NCBI GenBank assembly: GCA_964640415.1 | Contig: CAZXGQ010000002.1 | Location: 1,297-65,296 of the forward strand | Origin: an uncultured Prevotella sp. | GTDB taxonomy: Bacteria > Bacteroidota > Bacteroidia > Bacteroidales > Bacteroidaceae | Direction: 5' to 3' | Length of the DNA stretch: 64,000 nt | Shown: one piece after another, positions 17,965 through 26,181 of the stretch | Layout of the letters: each line of letters begins with the position of its first letter | Numbering within the stretch: position 1 is the first letter of the stretch | Program-made: the position numbers and the translations under genes | Notes under the pieces: generated by a model | What the model was told of the DNA's origin: nothing | What the model saw: only the letters and a program-made list of their open reading frames with translations | The model's database searches: none

Positions 17965-20900
17965 CTATTCTTTCTTGGTGAGATACTGCATGACGGTCTT
18001 CATAAGGCCATCACGTACAGATTCACTCCTCACCGACTCGAACGGGAACGCGAGCACGCACGTGCGCCAGTTGTCGGTGCCGTTGCCTCCGAACACTATG
18101 CCTGCCGACATGCCGTTCTCCGGGTAACGGAAAGCAGTATAGGCACACGGATCGGCCGGATCAATGGCATCGGGCGACTCCACCACATAGGAGGTGCTGT
18201 TCGGCTTATTATAGTATGTGAACGAGGTCGTGTCGGAAACGAGCGGTGACACTATATAGGCCACTTGTCCGTCGGTGCAGGCACGGTCTTCTCGCCACTG
18301 GTATTTAAGTATCTTCCCGGCAAAGTCACGGTCGGTCTTTTGGCTTTTCGCCCGTGGGTCCGACGTGGCAAGCGGATTCTGCCACAAGTCTGTGCCTACA
18401 TAGGCGCCAGAGACGAACACGGGGCCGCCAGCCTTGCAGAAGGCTGTGAGCAACTGCTGCATGGGCTCGTCGAAGGTCTTGAATGCCAGCGGATGCAGTC
18501 CGGGACGACCAAACTTGGTCTGCTTCTCCTTGCCGAGAATGAGGTCTATGGCTGAATAGGCATCGGTTAGTTGCTTGCCGTCGAATGCATCGCCGCTGCC
18601 GTCGGTCTCAGACAAACCTATTGCCGCACGGCTCTTCGAGACGAAACTGTAGCCGGCTTTCAAAAGGCTTTTGCCGTGGAGAGCCGGATAATCGAATGTA
18701 TTTCCGGCAATGGTTATGCGCTCCTCGTTGCCATAGCTGTCGCCGAAGCCTGACGCATCGTCGTGAGTCCACGGGATGTCGCGCCGGAACTCCTTCATCG
18801 CCCCTACATAGGATATCAGCTCACGGTCGGGCACACCGTTGTCGTTGGCTGCAAGGAATCCGGCAAAATTGTCGTCGCTGCTGACGAAATCGTCGGGGGC
18901 GCTGACGCGGTCGAAACCATTGATGACCAGCACCGGCTTTGCCGTCGTCTTGCCAGACAGGCCCAAAGACATGACTTCCGAGGGCAAGCTCTCGCCTCCG
19001 TCGTTCAATGCTGTAACCTTGAAGCTCACCACTTCGTCCATAGGTATGCTGGTGACGTAAACATTTTTCTTCACCACAGTGCCATTGTCGAAATCGCCGT
19101 CACCTACCCGCTTGTACACCACGAATTGCTTTGCCAGGGCTGTAGGCTCAAGACTGTCGGCCACGGCTTCCCACGTAACGACAGCCTGGTTCTTGTCGTT
19201 CAGAGTGGCGTTGACCGCTTTGACCGGCAGTGGCTGGACAATGTAAGGATAGCCGTATTCGGTGCTGAGGAAGCGGAGAATGCCTTTGTATATAGCGCGG
19301 CCTACAAGGAAACGGAAACGGGGGTCAAGGCCATAGCGCATGTCGGCGAAGTTCTCGTGCGACATGAGCTCAAGCAACATTGCCGGAACGCGCGGCACCC
19401 AAGCCTCAAAATAGCGTTGGTTCCACATTCCGCGGCGCGTCCACTTAGGATCGGCTTGAAGCCTAAGGTCCCGGGTTATCTGTGTTTGCACAAGGTCGCA
19501 CAGGTCGCGGTTGGCATCTCGCGAAGTGCCATCGGCAAACACGCCGCCATATTGCGACGTCTGGTAAATGCCAAGATTGCCGATGATGGAGTCGCCCCTC
19601 ACGGTGCCGGCATCGCTGTGGAAAGCGAACGACAGGGCGACGGGTATGTTCAGTCCTTTGGTGTCGGGACAGGCGCGCGTGCCGCCTGCGAGATAGTTGA
19701 CCCAAATGCCGCGGTCGCGATAGTCGTCGGTATAGTCGTTTGTTCCGTGCGAGGGAGAATATACGCTGTCTGGTATGCCCGCCCATTGCAGATAATAGCG
19801 CGAGCCTTCGAGATAGCGCGGGTAACCGCTCACCTGCGGCACATAGTCGAGCTTCGGCTGATAGGCGTTGCGGTCGCTCTGGTTGTCGCTGCTATGGCCT
19901 TTGGTGTAGGTCGTGATCTTGTCGCCGTCGGCTGTGCGCGCCACGTTGCCCATGCCTCCTCCGAACTTCACAGCATCGGCAGTAAGCACCCTGCCGGCGG
20001 TCTTGCTATAGTTGGTAAGTTCCACAAAGCCGCCGTCGCCCTTGGCGAAACTGAACGTGCCAAGGTATATCCACGTGCCGCCGCCCATGGTCTGGTTGAC
20101 AGAGAAGCGGGTGGTTCCGTCCTTATGGTGAACGGTATAGCGGGCGTCTTCCGTGCTGTTGGGCAACGTCTTGTAGGCCACATAGACGGCATAGCGGCCG
20201 TCTACGGGTATCTTCGGCGTCCACCGTGCCGAGGCATGGACGCTTTCTTTTTTGCTGTTGGTTGTAATCACTTGCCTGAAAGAGCCTTCCGTGAACGGGT
20301 TCTGGAAGCCTGTATACTGCTTGCGGGCATAAGCGAAGCCCGTGCCGTCACCCTGACTCCACGCCTGGGAGCCATTCTGTTCGGAATATGGCGACACGGC
20401 CAGCTTGCCGTCGTTGTCGACCACCACCTCGGCAGGGTTTGTGTCACGCTCGCGGGGCATCATGACATAAGCCCCGGCACTCTCGAGCATCGGGACGAGG
20501 TAAGGCAAGACAAAGCTCTGGGTAAACTTGTCCTCAACGCTCTCGAAGAGGCGCGAGCGCTGCCATTCCCAACGGTTCAACCCCTGCTCGAAATACTTGC
20601 CGTGGCTCTGCCACAAGGCTATATGCTTGTCCTGCAAGCCGTTCTTCACGGAGTAGGGACGGTCGAGATTGGTGACGATGGGCGTAAAAGGCGTATAGCT
20701 GCTCTTGCCCGTATATTCTGCCGGAACATTGTAGAATGCCTTTCTGCGGTCGGCCTTGGCTTTAAAATAGTTGGGTATGAGCGACTGTATGTCGTGCCCG
20801 TTGATATAAAGCGCCAGATGCCTTTGGCGCAACTCGTCGGGCAGACATCCGCTGACAGTCTTCAAAATCTCACCTACGTTGTCGGGGCGCATAGGCACAT

Positions 20901-21114
20901 CCTGCAAGGCTGTGTTGAGGAAAACCTTCACGCTGTCGGCTGACACCGCTGAAGAATCGACCGCTATCTTCCCTACCCTAATGCCTTGCGTGTACTGTCG
21001 CAAAGAGCTGGAAATGGCAGCTGTGGCAACAGGGTTGAGCTTCTCAGCTTGTAAAGGTTGCGCAAACAACATGGTCGCACAACATACAGAAAGAACTTTA
21101 AAGAATGTTCGCAT
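17965..21114 (-). CDS. Large secreted N-acetylmuramoyl-L-alanine amidase family protein with inserted golvesin/Xly-C-like domain
   Basis: 1049 aa with a signal peptide. Amidase_3-like motifs are HIALWQSHG, FHSDAG and LLELMSHEN. The central GGGTWIYLGTFSFAKG segment resembles the golvesin C-terminal-like domain. The domain calls come from motif memory, not a search. Confidence 0.65.
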   Translation of the reverse strand: MRTFFKVLSVCCATMLFAQPLQAEKLNPVATAAISSSLRQYTQGIRVGKIAVDSSAVSADSVKVFLNTALQDVPMRPDNVGEILKTVSGCLPDELRQRHLALYINGHDIQSLIPNYFKAKADRRKAFYNVPAEYTGKSSYTPFTPIVTNLDRPYSVKNGLQDKHIALWQSHGKYFEQGLNRWEWQRSRLFESVEDKFTQSFVLPYLVPMLESAGAYVMMPRERDTNPAEVVVDNDGKLAVSPYSEQNGSQAWSQGDGTGFAYARKQYTGFQNPFTEGSFRQVITTNSKKESVHASARWTPKIPVDGRYAVYVAYKTLPNSTEDARYTVHHKDGTTRFSVNQTMGGGTWIYLGTFSFAKGDGGFVELTNYSKTAGRVLTADAVKFGGGMGNVARTADGDKITTYTKGHSSDNQSDRNAYQPKLDYVPQVSGYPRYLEGSRYYLQWAGIPDSVYSPSHGTNDYTDDYRDRGIWVNYLAGGTRACPDTKGLNIPVALSFAFHSDAGTVRGDSIIGNLGIYQTSQYGGVFADGTSRDANRDLCDLVQTQITRDLRLQADPKWTRRGMWNQRYFEAWVPRVPAMLLELMSHENFADMRYGLDPRFRFLVGRAIYKGILRFLSTEYGYPYIVQPLPVKAVNATLNDKNQAVVTWEAVADSLEPTALAKQFVVYKRVGDGDFDNGTVVKKNVYVTSIPMDEVVSFKVTALNDGGESLPSEVMSLGLSGKTTAKPVLVINGFDRVSAPDDFVSSDDNFAGFLAANDNGVPDRELISYVGAMKEFRRDIPWTHDDASGFGDSYGNEERITIAGNTFDYPALHGKSLLKAGYSFVSKSRAAIGLSETDGSGDAFDGKQLTDAYSAIDLILGKEKQTKFGRPGLHPLAFKTFDEPMQQLLTAFCKAGGPVFVSGAYVGTDLWQNPLATSDPRAKSQKTDRDFAGKILKYQWREDRACTDGQVAYIVSPLVSDTTSFTYYNKPNSTSYVVESPDAIDPADPCAYTAFRYPENGMSAGIVFGGNGTDNWRTCVLAFPFESVRSESVRDGLMKTVMQYLTKKE

Positions 21115-21216
21115 AATAAGGTTATTATTAATGCAAAAGTACAGAAATAGCAGCCGATAGTATCACTTCGACCGCTATTTAACAATTATTTAATTATATT
21201 GTCTATTCCTTTTGCT

Positions 21217-22953
21217 TCAATGCCAATTGGGATTCTGCTTGATTTGCCTATTGAGCAGAATGTCGTTCGACGGTACGGGATAGTGGTAATACTTAGGGCT
21301 GAACGAGCGTGATGCCGCCGTGCCTTTCAAGTATCCGTTGGCATTCTTGTCGGCGTCTGCCACGTTGGAGACATTGGCACCGAGGTTGGCGTTTGGGTTT
21401 AAATTAGTATCCATCTTGTCCATCTGATGCCAGCGCACGAGGTCCCAATAGCGGTAATCGCTGTCGCACATGAGTTCGCAACGGCGGCAACGGCGTATCT
21501 CCCATATCAGGTTGCTCACGCCCATGTTGTTGGCAGGGTCTGCCTCAGGGTTTACGGTCATACCAGGCAGGCCTGCGCGGTGCTGCAGCAAGTTGACACT
21601 CTTGTCGAGGTCGCTCTGACTGACGGTACCAAGTTCGGCCTTTGCCTCGGCATAGTTAAGCAGGACCACAGAATACCAATAGAGAGGAATGTCGGTATAA
21701 CACCCCATCGGGCTTGTGCGGTATTTAATGTCCATCTGCGGGTTGTCGTACTTGTAGATGGTGTAACCTGTAGAGGATGTCATCCGCATCGGCAAGGCGG
21801 CGTCTGGCGACGGCTCGTTGCGTATACATCCATGGCCCTTGAAAGCAAGCACCGAATCGACGAGAAGTTCAAGACGGCGGTCCTTGTTTCTCAGGAAATG
21901 GGAAATGCTGTAGTCGCCGTTGGCGTTCTTCACGGCCTTGTCGTCGGTAGGGAGCGATGTGGTAGCCTTGGGCTTGCCGTCGCGGAAGAGGAACGCGTCG
22001 ACGGCATCCTTGGATATTCCGCTTTGTATCGTCGAGCCGCAGGTATAGTCGCACAATCCATGTGTGAGGATATCCTTTTCGTAATGCTTGTAGAATATCA
22101 CCTCGCTGTTGCCACTAAGGTTGAGCGAGTTGTAAACGGTATAAAGCTTGCTCGGATTGGCGGCGTTCTCGTAGGTGCCGGCCACATCCCAACTGTTGAG
22201 GGCGAACTTGCCTGAGTTGACGAGCTGCTCCGATGCACTGACGCTCTCCCGCAGGAATTTCTGCGCGAGGGTCCGGTCGGCTGCCTTGCCGTTGTCGGCG
22301 AGGGTTCTGTACTTGCAGTAGGTGCCCCAATAGAGGCAGACTTCGCCCTTCATGGCCAAAGCCATTTCCTGGCTCCACAGAGTCTTGTCGGATGGGTTGG
22401 AAGCGAGATTGGCTATGGCGAAGTTCAGGTCATTGAGCACCGAGTCCATGACAACATCCTGGTCGGTACGCGGACCTTTTGTCATGATGCTGTCCTGAGA
22501 GTCGAGATTGCCGTTGATTTCCCACTGCACGTCGCCATACATCTTGGCCAGCTCCGCATAGACATAGGCACGGTTCATCCTGCCAATGGCCTCAAACTTT
22601 TTCTTAGTGGCCTCCGGCAGCGTTGATGTCTTCAGTCCGTTGAGCAGGTTGTTGATGCGGCGTATGTTGGCAAAACGGCCCGACCACGCTGATGCCGTGT
22701 TAGGCACATTGGTGAATGTCCATTTGGAGAACTGCGGATTCACCTGATCGTCGTTGAGGAAATTGAAATAGAAATTGGTGGCTCCGCCATAGTAGGCGTA
22801 GAAGCGGTTGCAGTAGCTCTCAACCAGATTGCCGTTGCTCCAGAAGGCTTCGTTGTTGACAAACATGTCACGGGGATTCTTCTCAAGAATATCGTCGCAA
22901 CTGGTCAACAGCATGGCAAAGCCTGCTATGATATATAATATTATTTTCCTCAC
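21217..22953 (-). CDS. SusD/RagB-family nutrient-binding lipoprotein (no adjacent SusC)
   Basis: 578 aa with a GTG start. The lipoprotein signal is MRKIILYIIAGFAMLLTSC, and the composition is the W/Y/N-rich SusD type. Confidence 0.85.
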   Translation of the reverse strand: MRKIILYIIAGFAMLLTSCDDILEKNPRDMFVNNEAFWSNGNLVESYCNRFYAYYGGATNFYFNFLNDDQVNPQFSKWTFTNVPNTASAWSGRFANIRRINNLLNGLKTSTLPEATKKKFEAIGRMNRAYVYAELAKMYGDVQWEINGNLDSQDSIMTKGPRTDQDVVMDSVLNDLNFAIANLASNPSDKTLWSQEMALAMKGEVCLYWGTYCKYRTLADNGKAADRTLAQKFLRESVSASEQLVNSGKFALNSWDVAGTYENAANPSKLYTVYNSLNLSGNSEVIFYKHYEKDILTHGLCDYTCGSTIQSGISKDAVDAFLFRDGKPKATTSLPTDDKAVKNANGDYSISHFLRNKDRRLELLVDSVLAFKGHGCIRNEPSPDAALPMRMTSSTGYTIYKYDNPQMDIKYRTSPMGCYTDIPLYWYSVVLLNYAEAKAELGTVSQSDLDKSVNLLQHRAGLPGMTVNPEADPANNMGVSNLIWEIRRCRRCELMCDSDYRYWDLVRWHQMDKMDTNLNPNANLGANVSNVADADKNANGYLKGTAASRSFSPKYYHYPVPSNDILLNRQIKQNPNWH

Positions 22954-23190
22954 GCTGGCACTGGTTTTAAATTATTGCCAAAGGGGCCGGAGCAGCCAGA
23001 ATGGTGTCAGAACCAATCCAACAGGTCAGCAACAATGCTACTAAAAGGACAAAAGGTCTTATCATAAGCGTTCAGTCAAAGTAGTATGAATATGGCAAAA
23101 TTAAACAAAAAACTCATTCGGGCTATACTTTTACGGTTATAAAATGTTAAGAGGCTCGTCCGTTTCAAAAAAACGAAATATCATGTGGGT

Positions 23191-23610
23191 TTGTAAAGAA
23201 TTATAGCAAGATTTTAACACTTGAGGGGCACACCATCCAGGACGACCGAAGAGACCCTGAAGTGTTAAAAAGGGAGCCTCCAAGCCGATTTTAGGCCCCA
23301 AAAGCATAAAATCGGGTCGCGATAGTAGCACTATCGCATCGCGATTCTAACGTAAAGGCGTTGCGATTCTAACGTAAAGGCGGCGCGATTCTAACGTAAA
23401 GCCGATTTCGGGAACCATAATTCAGGTCTTATTTTAGGCTGTAAAAATATAACCACCTAACTATTAAGGCGTTATAAAAATCACTCATAAATCGCTCAAA
23501 TGCGCACGAGAGGAAATGTTTTTCAAAAAAATCGATTTTTAGAGAGCCTTTTGTTGAGATTTTTTCACCTCTTACTTGCCTCCCGCTCCACGTGGTCTGT
23601 CGGACGCGCC
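23191..23610 (-). repeat. Copy A of an unclassified structured intergenic repeat family (reverse orientation relative to copies B and C)
   Basis: Hand alignment of its reverse complement with 47206-47729 and 63685-64000. It contains 3 x 22-bp tandem units at 23335-23400, hairpins at 23319-23337 and 23285-23315, and the palindrome AAAAATCGATTTTT at 23526-23539. Confidence 0.85.
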
Positions 23611-23685
23611 AGTACAAAACGCCAGCTACTTGTTAATAGTTGCTAATTATTACCCAGATTCTTTGGTCAGTCGGGATAAATTGTG

Positions 23686-23693
23686 TAATTTTG
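23686..23693 (+). promoter_or_regulatory. Candidate -7 box TAATTTTG upstream of tRNA-Val
   Basis: Exact TAnnTTTG match 44 nt upstream of the tRNA 5-prime end. Confidence 0.4.
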
Positions 23694-23736
23694 CAACCGC
23701 TTTCCAAAAGCAACCGTTTTTAAAACGATTTTTACT

Positions 23737-23810
23737 GTCGGCATAGCTCAGTTGGTTAGAGTATCACCTTGACATGGTGGGGGTCCTTGGTTCGAATCCA
23801 AGTGTCGACA
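23737..23810 (+). tRNA. tRNA-Val (anticodon GAC)
   Basis: GTCGGCATAGCTCAGTTGGTTAGAGTATCACCTTGACATGGTGGGGGTCCTTGGTTCGAATCCAAGTGTCGACA. It has an acceptor stem with one G-T pair, anticodon loop TTGACAT and T-loop TTCGAAT. Confidence 0.9.
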
Positions 23811-23827
23811 CATCTTTCTTAAGGTAA

Positions 23828-23876
23828 CAATAAATTAAGGCGGCGCTCAAGTTATGAGTGCCGCCTTAATTTATTG
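23828..23876. terminator. 17-bp-stem hairpin between tRNA-Val and the convergent Rpn gene
   Basis: CAATAAATTAAGGCGGC ... GCCGCCTTAATTTATTG. The right arm overlaps the last codons of the 23871-24830 ORF. Confidence 0.7.
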
Positions 23877-24830
23877 TTGTTTCACGAATTGTTTGATTTC
23901 GTCAATGCCTAATCCCGTGGCCTGAGAAATCACTTCTACAGGTATATTTTGGGCCAAGAGGTTAAGAGCAATGTTCTTTTTCTCTTCAGCCTTTCCTTCG
24001 GCTCTACCTTCGACCCTACCTTCGGCCTTTCCTTCTGCTCTACCTTGGGTTCTGCCCTCTTCAATGCCCTGCGCCCGTCCTTCGGCCAATCCTTCCAACT
24101 TGGCATTGCCAAGCACGTCGTTTTGTATCATGATGGCATTGAGGTGCTCGTCGTAGGCATGGCGCTCCGCGTCTGACATCTCATAATATTTCAACTTCTC
24201 GCGTGCCTCCTGCAGCCCCGGCGTCTTGGTATCAGGAGAGATTTCTCCATTCTTAAGATAATTTACCCATTCCTCCAATGGCGACACAGCAACCTTGTTA
24301 AACTCGTTGACACGCACAAGAATATACGTGGGGAATATCTCTGACGGCGATTTCCTCACAATGTTGTTCTTTTCCTTCGCGCTTATCACGAGCCGGTCTT
24401 TGGTGTGAAGCCCTACAAAGTTGTTCTGGCCAATGTAGATATAGTCGGAACCCTTGCCAAGGTCGAAATAAAGTATACTTATGGAGTATACCTTCTTTAC
24501 CTCTTTATAACTGTTTCCAAGGTTGATGTGCTCGGTTATAGCCTTTGCAACACCGTAGAGCACACGCTCAAGGTAGTATAGCTCGCTCGTGTTTTGTATC
24601 TCCACGATGATTATCTCGCCTTTGCTGTTCTTTGCCTTGATGTCGACGCGGTTGAACTTGTCGTCTTCCCTTTGCTGGTTTCCTTCACTTTCAAGTATCT
24701 CCATTATCTTCACCTCTTCGTTCAAGAAGACGGTGAGGAATCCTTCCAGCACGCCAAAGTTGGCCTTCTGGCGGAGCAACCGCTTTATTGCCCAGTCGAA
24801 GCGTATGTATCTGTCTCTAAGTTCTGTCAT
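23871..24830 (-). CDS. Rpn/YhgA-like PD-(D/E)XK recombination-promoting nuclease (putative transposase family TIGR01784)
   Basis: 319 aa. The N-terminal FDWAIKRLLRQKANFGVLEGFL and D...EIQ nuclease core are typical of the family. The C-terminus has the family's repetitive EGRAQGIEEGRTQGRAEGKAEGRVEGRAEGKAEE tract. Confidence 0.85.
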   Translation of the reverse strand: MTELRDRYIRFDWAIKRLLRQKANFGVLEGFLTVFLNEEVKIMEILESEGNQQREDDKFNRVDIKAKNSKGEIIIVEIQNTSELYYLERVLYGVAKAITEHINLGNSYKEVKKVYSISILYFDLGKGSDYIYIGQNNFVGLHTKDRLVISAKEKNNIVRKSPSEIFPTYILVRVNEFNKVAVSPLEEWVNYLKNGEISPDTKTPGLQEAREKLKYYEMSDAERHAYDEHLNAIMIQNDVLGNAKLEGLAEGRAQGIEEGRTQGRAEGKAEGRVEGRAEGKAEEKKNIALNLLAQNIPVEVISQATGLGIDEIKQFVKQQ

Positions 24831-24946
24831 GGCGAAAACCTCCTTCTATATCGTTTATGCTTTATCGTTTGCAAATATACTGCTTTTTCGCTATACTCTA
24901 AACATTTAACGTAAAAAACAAAACTGGCAGAGAACGCAAAAACATA

Positions 24947-24979
24947 AAAAGCGGCTCCCGCATGATGAGAGCCGCCTTT
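24947..24979 (-). terminator. Rho-independent terminator after the GH53 gene
   Basis: GCGGCTC ... GAGCCGC stem. On the minus strand it is followed by TTTTTATGTTTTT. Confidence 0.65.
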
Positions 24980-24989
24980 AATGTTGGCA

Positions 24990-26093
24990 TTATTCATTAA
25001 GGAACTTCTTCATTTCCCCGAATGACGGCAAGGCTTTTCCAGTTGCATTGTCGAACAAGCCTCGGTTGAGCCAACTCTTGATTTGGGTGTTTCCCGACTC
25101 GTTCTCCTCGGGGAACCACCAGAACAAGCCCGTGACCTGAGGATGCTTGTTGAGTTCCTCCACAAGGTCTCTGGTAAAGGATGTCTGACCTTCAACGCTG
25201 ATGGGATAAAACTCTGAGAACTCGTCCGCACTCTTCGCCCACTTGTCGTTCTTATGGGAATAGTAGGCGGCTGCTTCCACTATCATGATTTGCTTGGCAG
25301 GATAACGCCGGGCAAGATTGTCGAGTGTGTTGTGGAGCACGGGAATGCGGTCGTGCCACATGGGATAATAGCTCAACCCGATGATGTCGTAGTCGAGGTT
25401 GACTGTTGCCAAGCGGTCATAGAACGCCTTGGTGTTGTCCCATTTTCCGGCCTGCTCCGTATGGATGATTATCTTTGCCTTGGGACAAATTTCCCGACAA
25501 GCCTTGCAACCTTGTTTCAGCATGGCAATGAACTCCTGCCAGTTGGCGTCTTCTGTCGGTGTGGTCTTCGCCGTCGGCCAAAGCATGCCGAAACTGATTT
25601 CATTGCCCACCTGTATGAGGTCAGGTTCTGCTCCTGCATGCTTCATGGCGAGGAGGCTCCGCTTGGTGTATTCGTAGACACTGTCGGCGAGAGCTTCAGC
25701 CGATGCACCTTTCCACGCTGCCGGCGTGAATTGTTTTCCGGGGTCTGCCCACGTGTCACTATAATGGAAATCGAGCATCAGCTGGAACCCAGCTTTCTTG
25801 ATGCGTTTGCCCAACTGCCTGACATAGTTGATGTCCTGACAAACGCCCTCCGCCTTGTGCTCGTCGGGAGCCTGGTCCGGGTCAACGAAGAGGCGCAGGC
25901 GCATCGCGTTCCATCCCTCTTTCTTGAACAGTTTGAGCGCGTTCATCTTCTTGCCGTTGGCATCACGGTAGGCCGTTCCGGCCTGCTCGTACTTCGTGAG
26001 CATGGAGATGTCGCCGCCAAGGAGGCGTTGCTGGGCAAACGAGCCTAACGACCCCATGACGGCAAGCGCCAATGATATGATTGTCTTTTTCAT
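24990..26093 (-). CDS. GH53 arabinogalactan endo-beta-1,4-galactanase
   Basis: 367 aa with a signal peptide. GGDISMLTKYEQ, VQVGNEI-like IQVGNEISFG and the FWWFPE catalytic-region motifs are characteristic of GH53. Confidence 0.85.
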   Translation of the reverse strand: MKKTIISLALAVMGSLGSFAQQRLLGGDISMLTKYEQAGTAYRDANGKKMNALKLFKKEGWNAMRLRLFVDPDQAPDEHKAEGVCQDINYVRQLGKRIKKAGFQLMLDFHYSDTWADPGKQFTPAAWKGASAEALADSVYEYTKRSLLAMKHAGAEPDLIQVGNEISFGMLWPTAKTTPTEDANWQEFIAMLKQGCKACREICPKAKIIIHTEQAGKWDNTKAFYDRLATVNLDYDIIGLSYYPMWHDRIPVLHNTLDNLARRYPAKQIMIVEAAAYYSHKNDKWAKSADEFSEFYPISVEGQTSFTRDLVEELNKHPQVTGLFWWFPEENESGNTQIKSWLNRGLFDNATGKALPSFGEMKKFLNE

Positions 26094-26105
26094 GTGTTGT
26101 CATCT

Positions 26106-26143
26106 AAAAATGATGGCGACTCTTCTCGCGAAAAGCCGCCATC
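26106..26143 (-). terminator. Candidate terminator between the SusF-like gene and the GH53 gene
   Basis: GATGGCG ... CGCCATC stem with an 18-nt loop. On the minus strand it is followed by ATTTTTAG. Confidence 0.45.
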
Positions 26144-26181
26144 GAAATGGATGTTATTTATTATTGATGAAGCAAAAGCAC

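Noticed and set aside
18763-20943. Very long ORFs antisense to real genes. Examples are 18763-20943 (726 aa), 15851-17095, 33964-34995, 57429-59108 and 62324-63502.
   Set aside because: Each lies entirely inside a well-supported gene on the other strand. They have R/A/H/G/L-rich shadow-frame composition and no recognisable motifs. They are typical of GC-rich third-position bias and are not called.
23335-23400. The 22-bp tandem arrays as a CRISPR array.
   Set aside because: The units are directly adjacent with no spacers, there are only three units, and there are no cas genes in the window.
23137-23617. Small ORFs inside the repeat copies: 23137-23331, 23429-23617, 47169-47492, 63591-63800, plus a 57-aa ATG ORF on the plus strand of copy A.
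   Set aside because: The shared peptide stretches (RTRGNVFQKNRF.., STKGSLKIDFFEK..) have no conserved start codon across copies. Copy B lacks the ATG. The frames continue into non-homologous flanking DNA. Conservation is at the nucleotide and structure level, not the protein level.
24990-26093. The GH53 galactanase as the fifth gene of the starch PUL operon.
   Set aside because: A hairpin with a T-run (26106-26143, minus strand) separates it from the SusF-like gene. Its substrate, beta-1,4-galactan, is unrelated to starch. It is probably an independently transcribed neighbour, although co-transcription cannot be excluded without RNA data.
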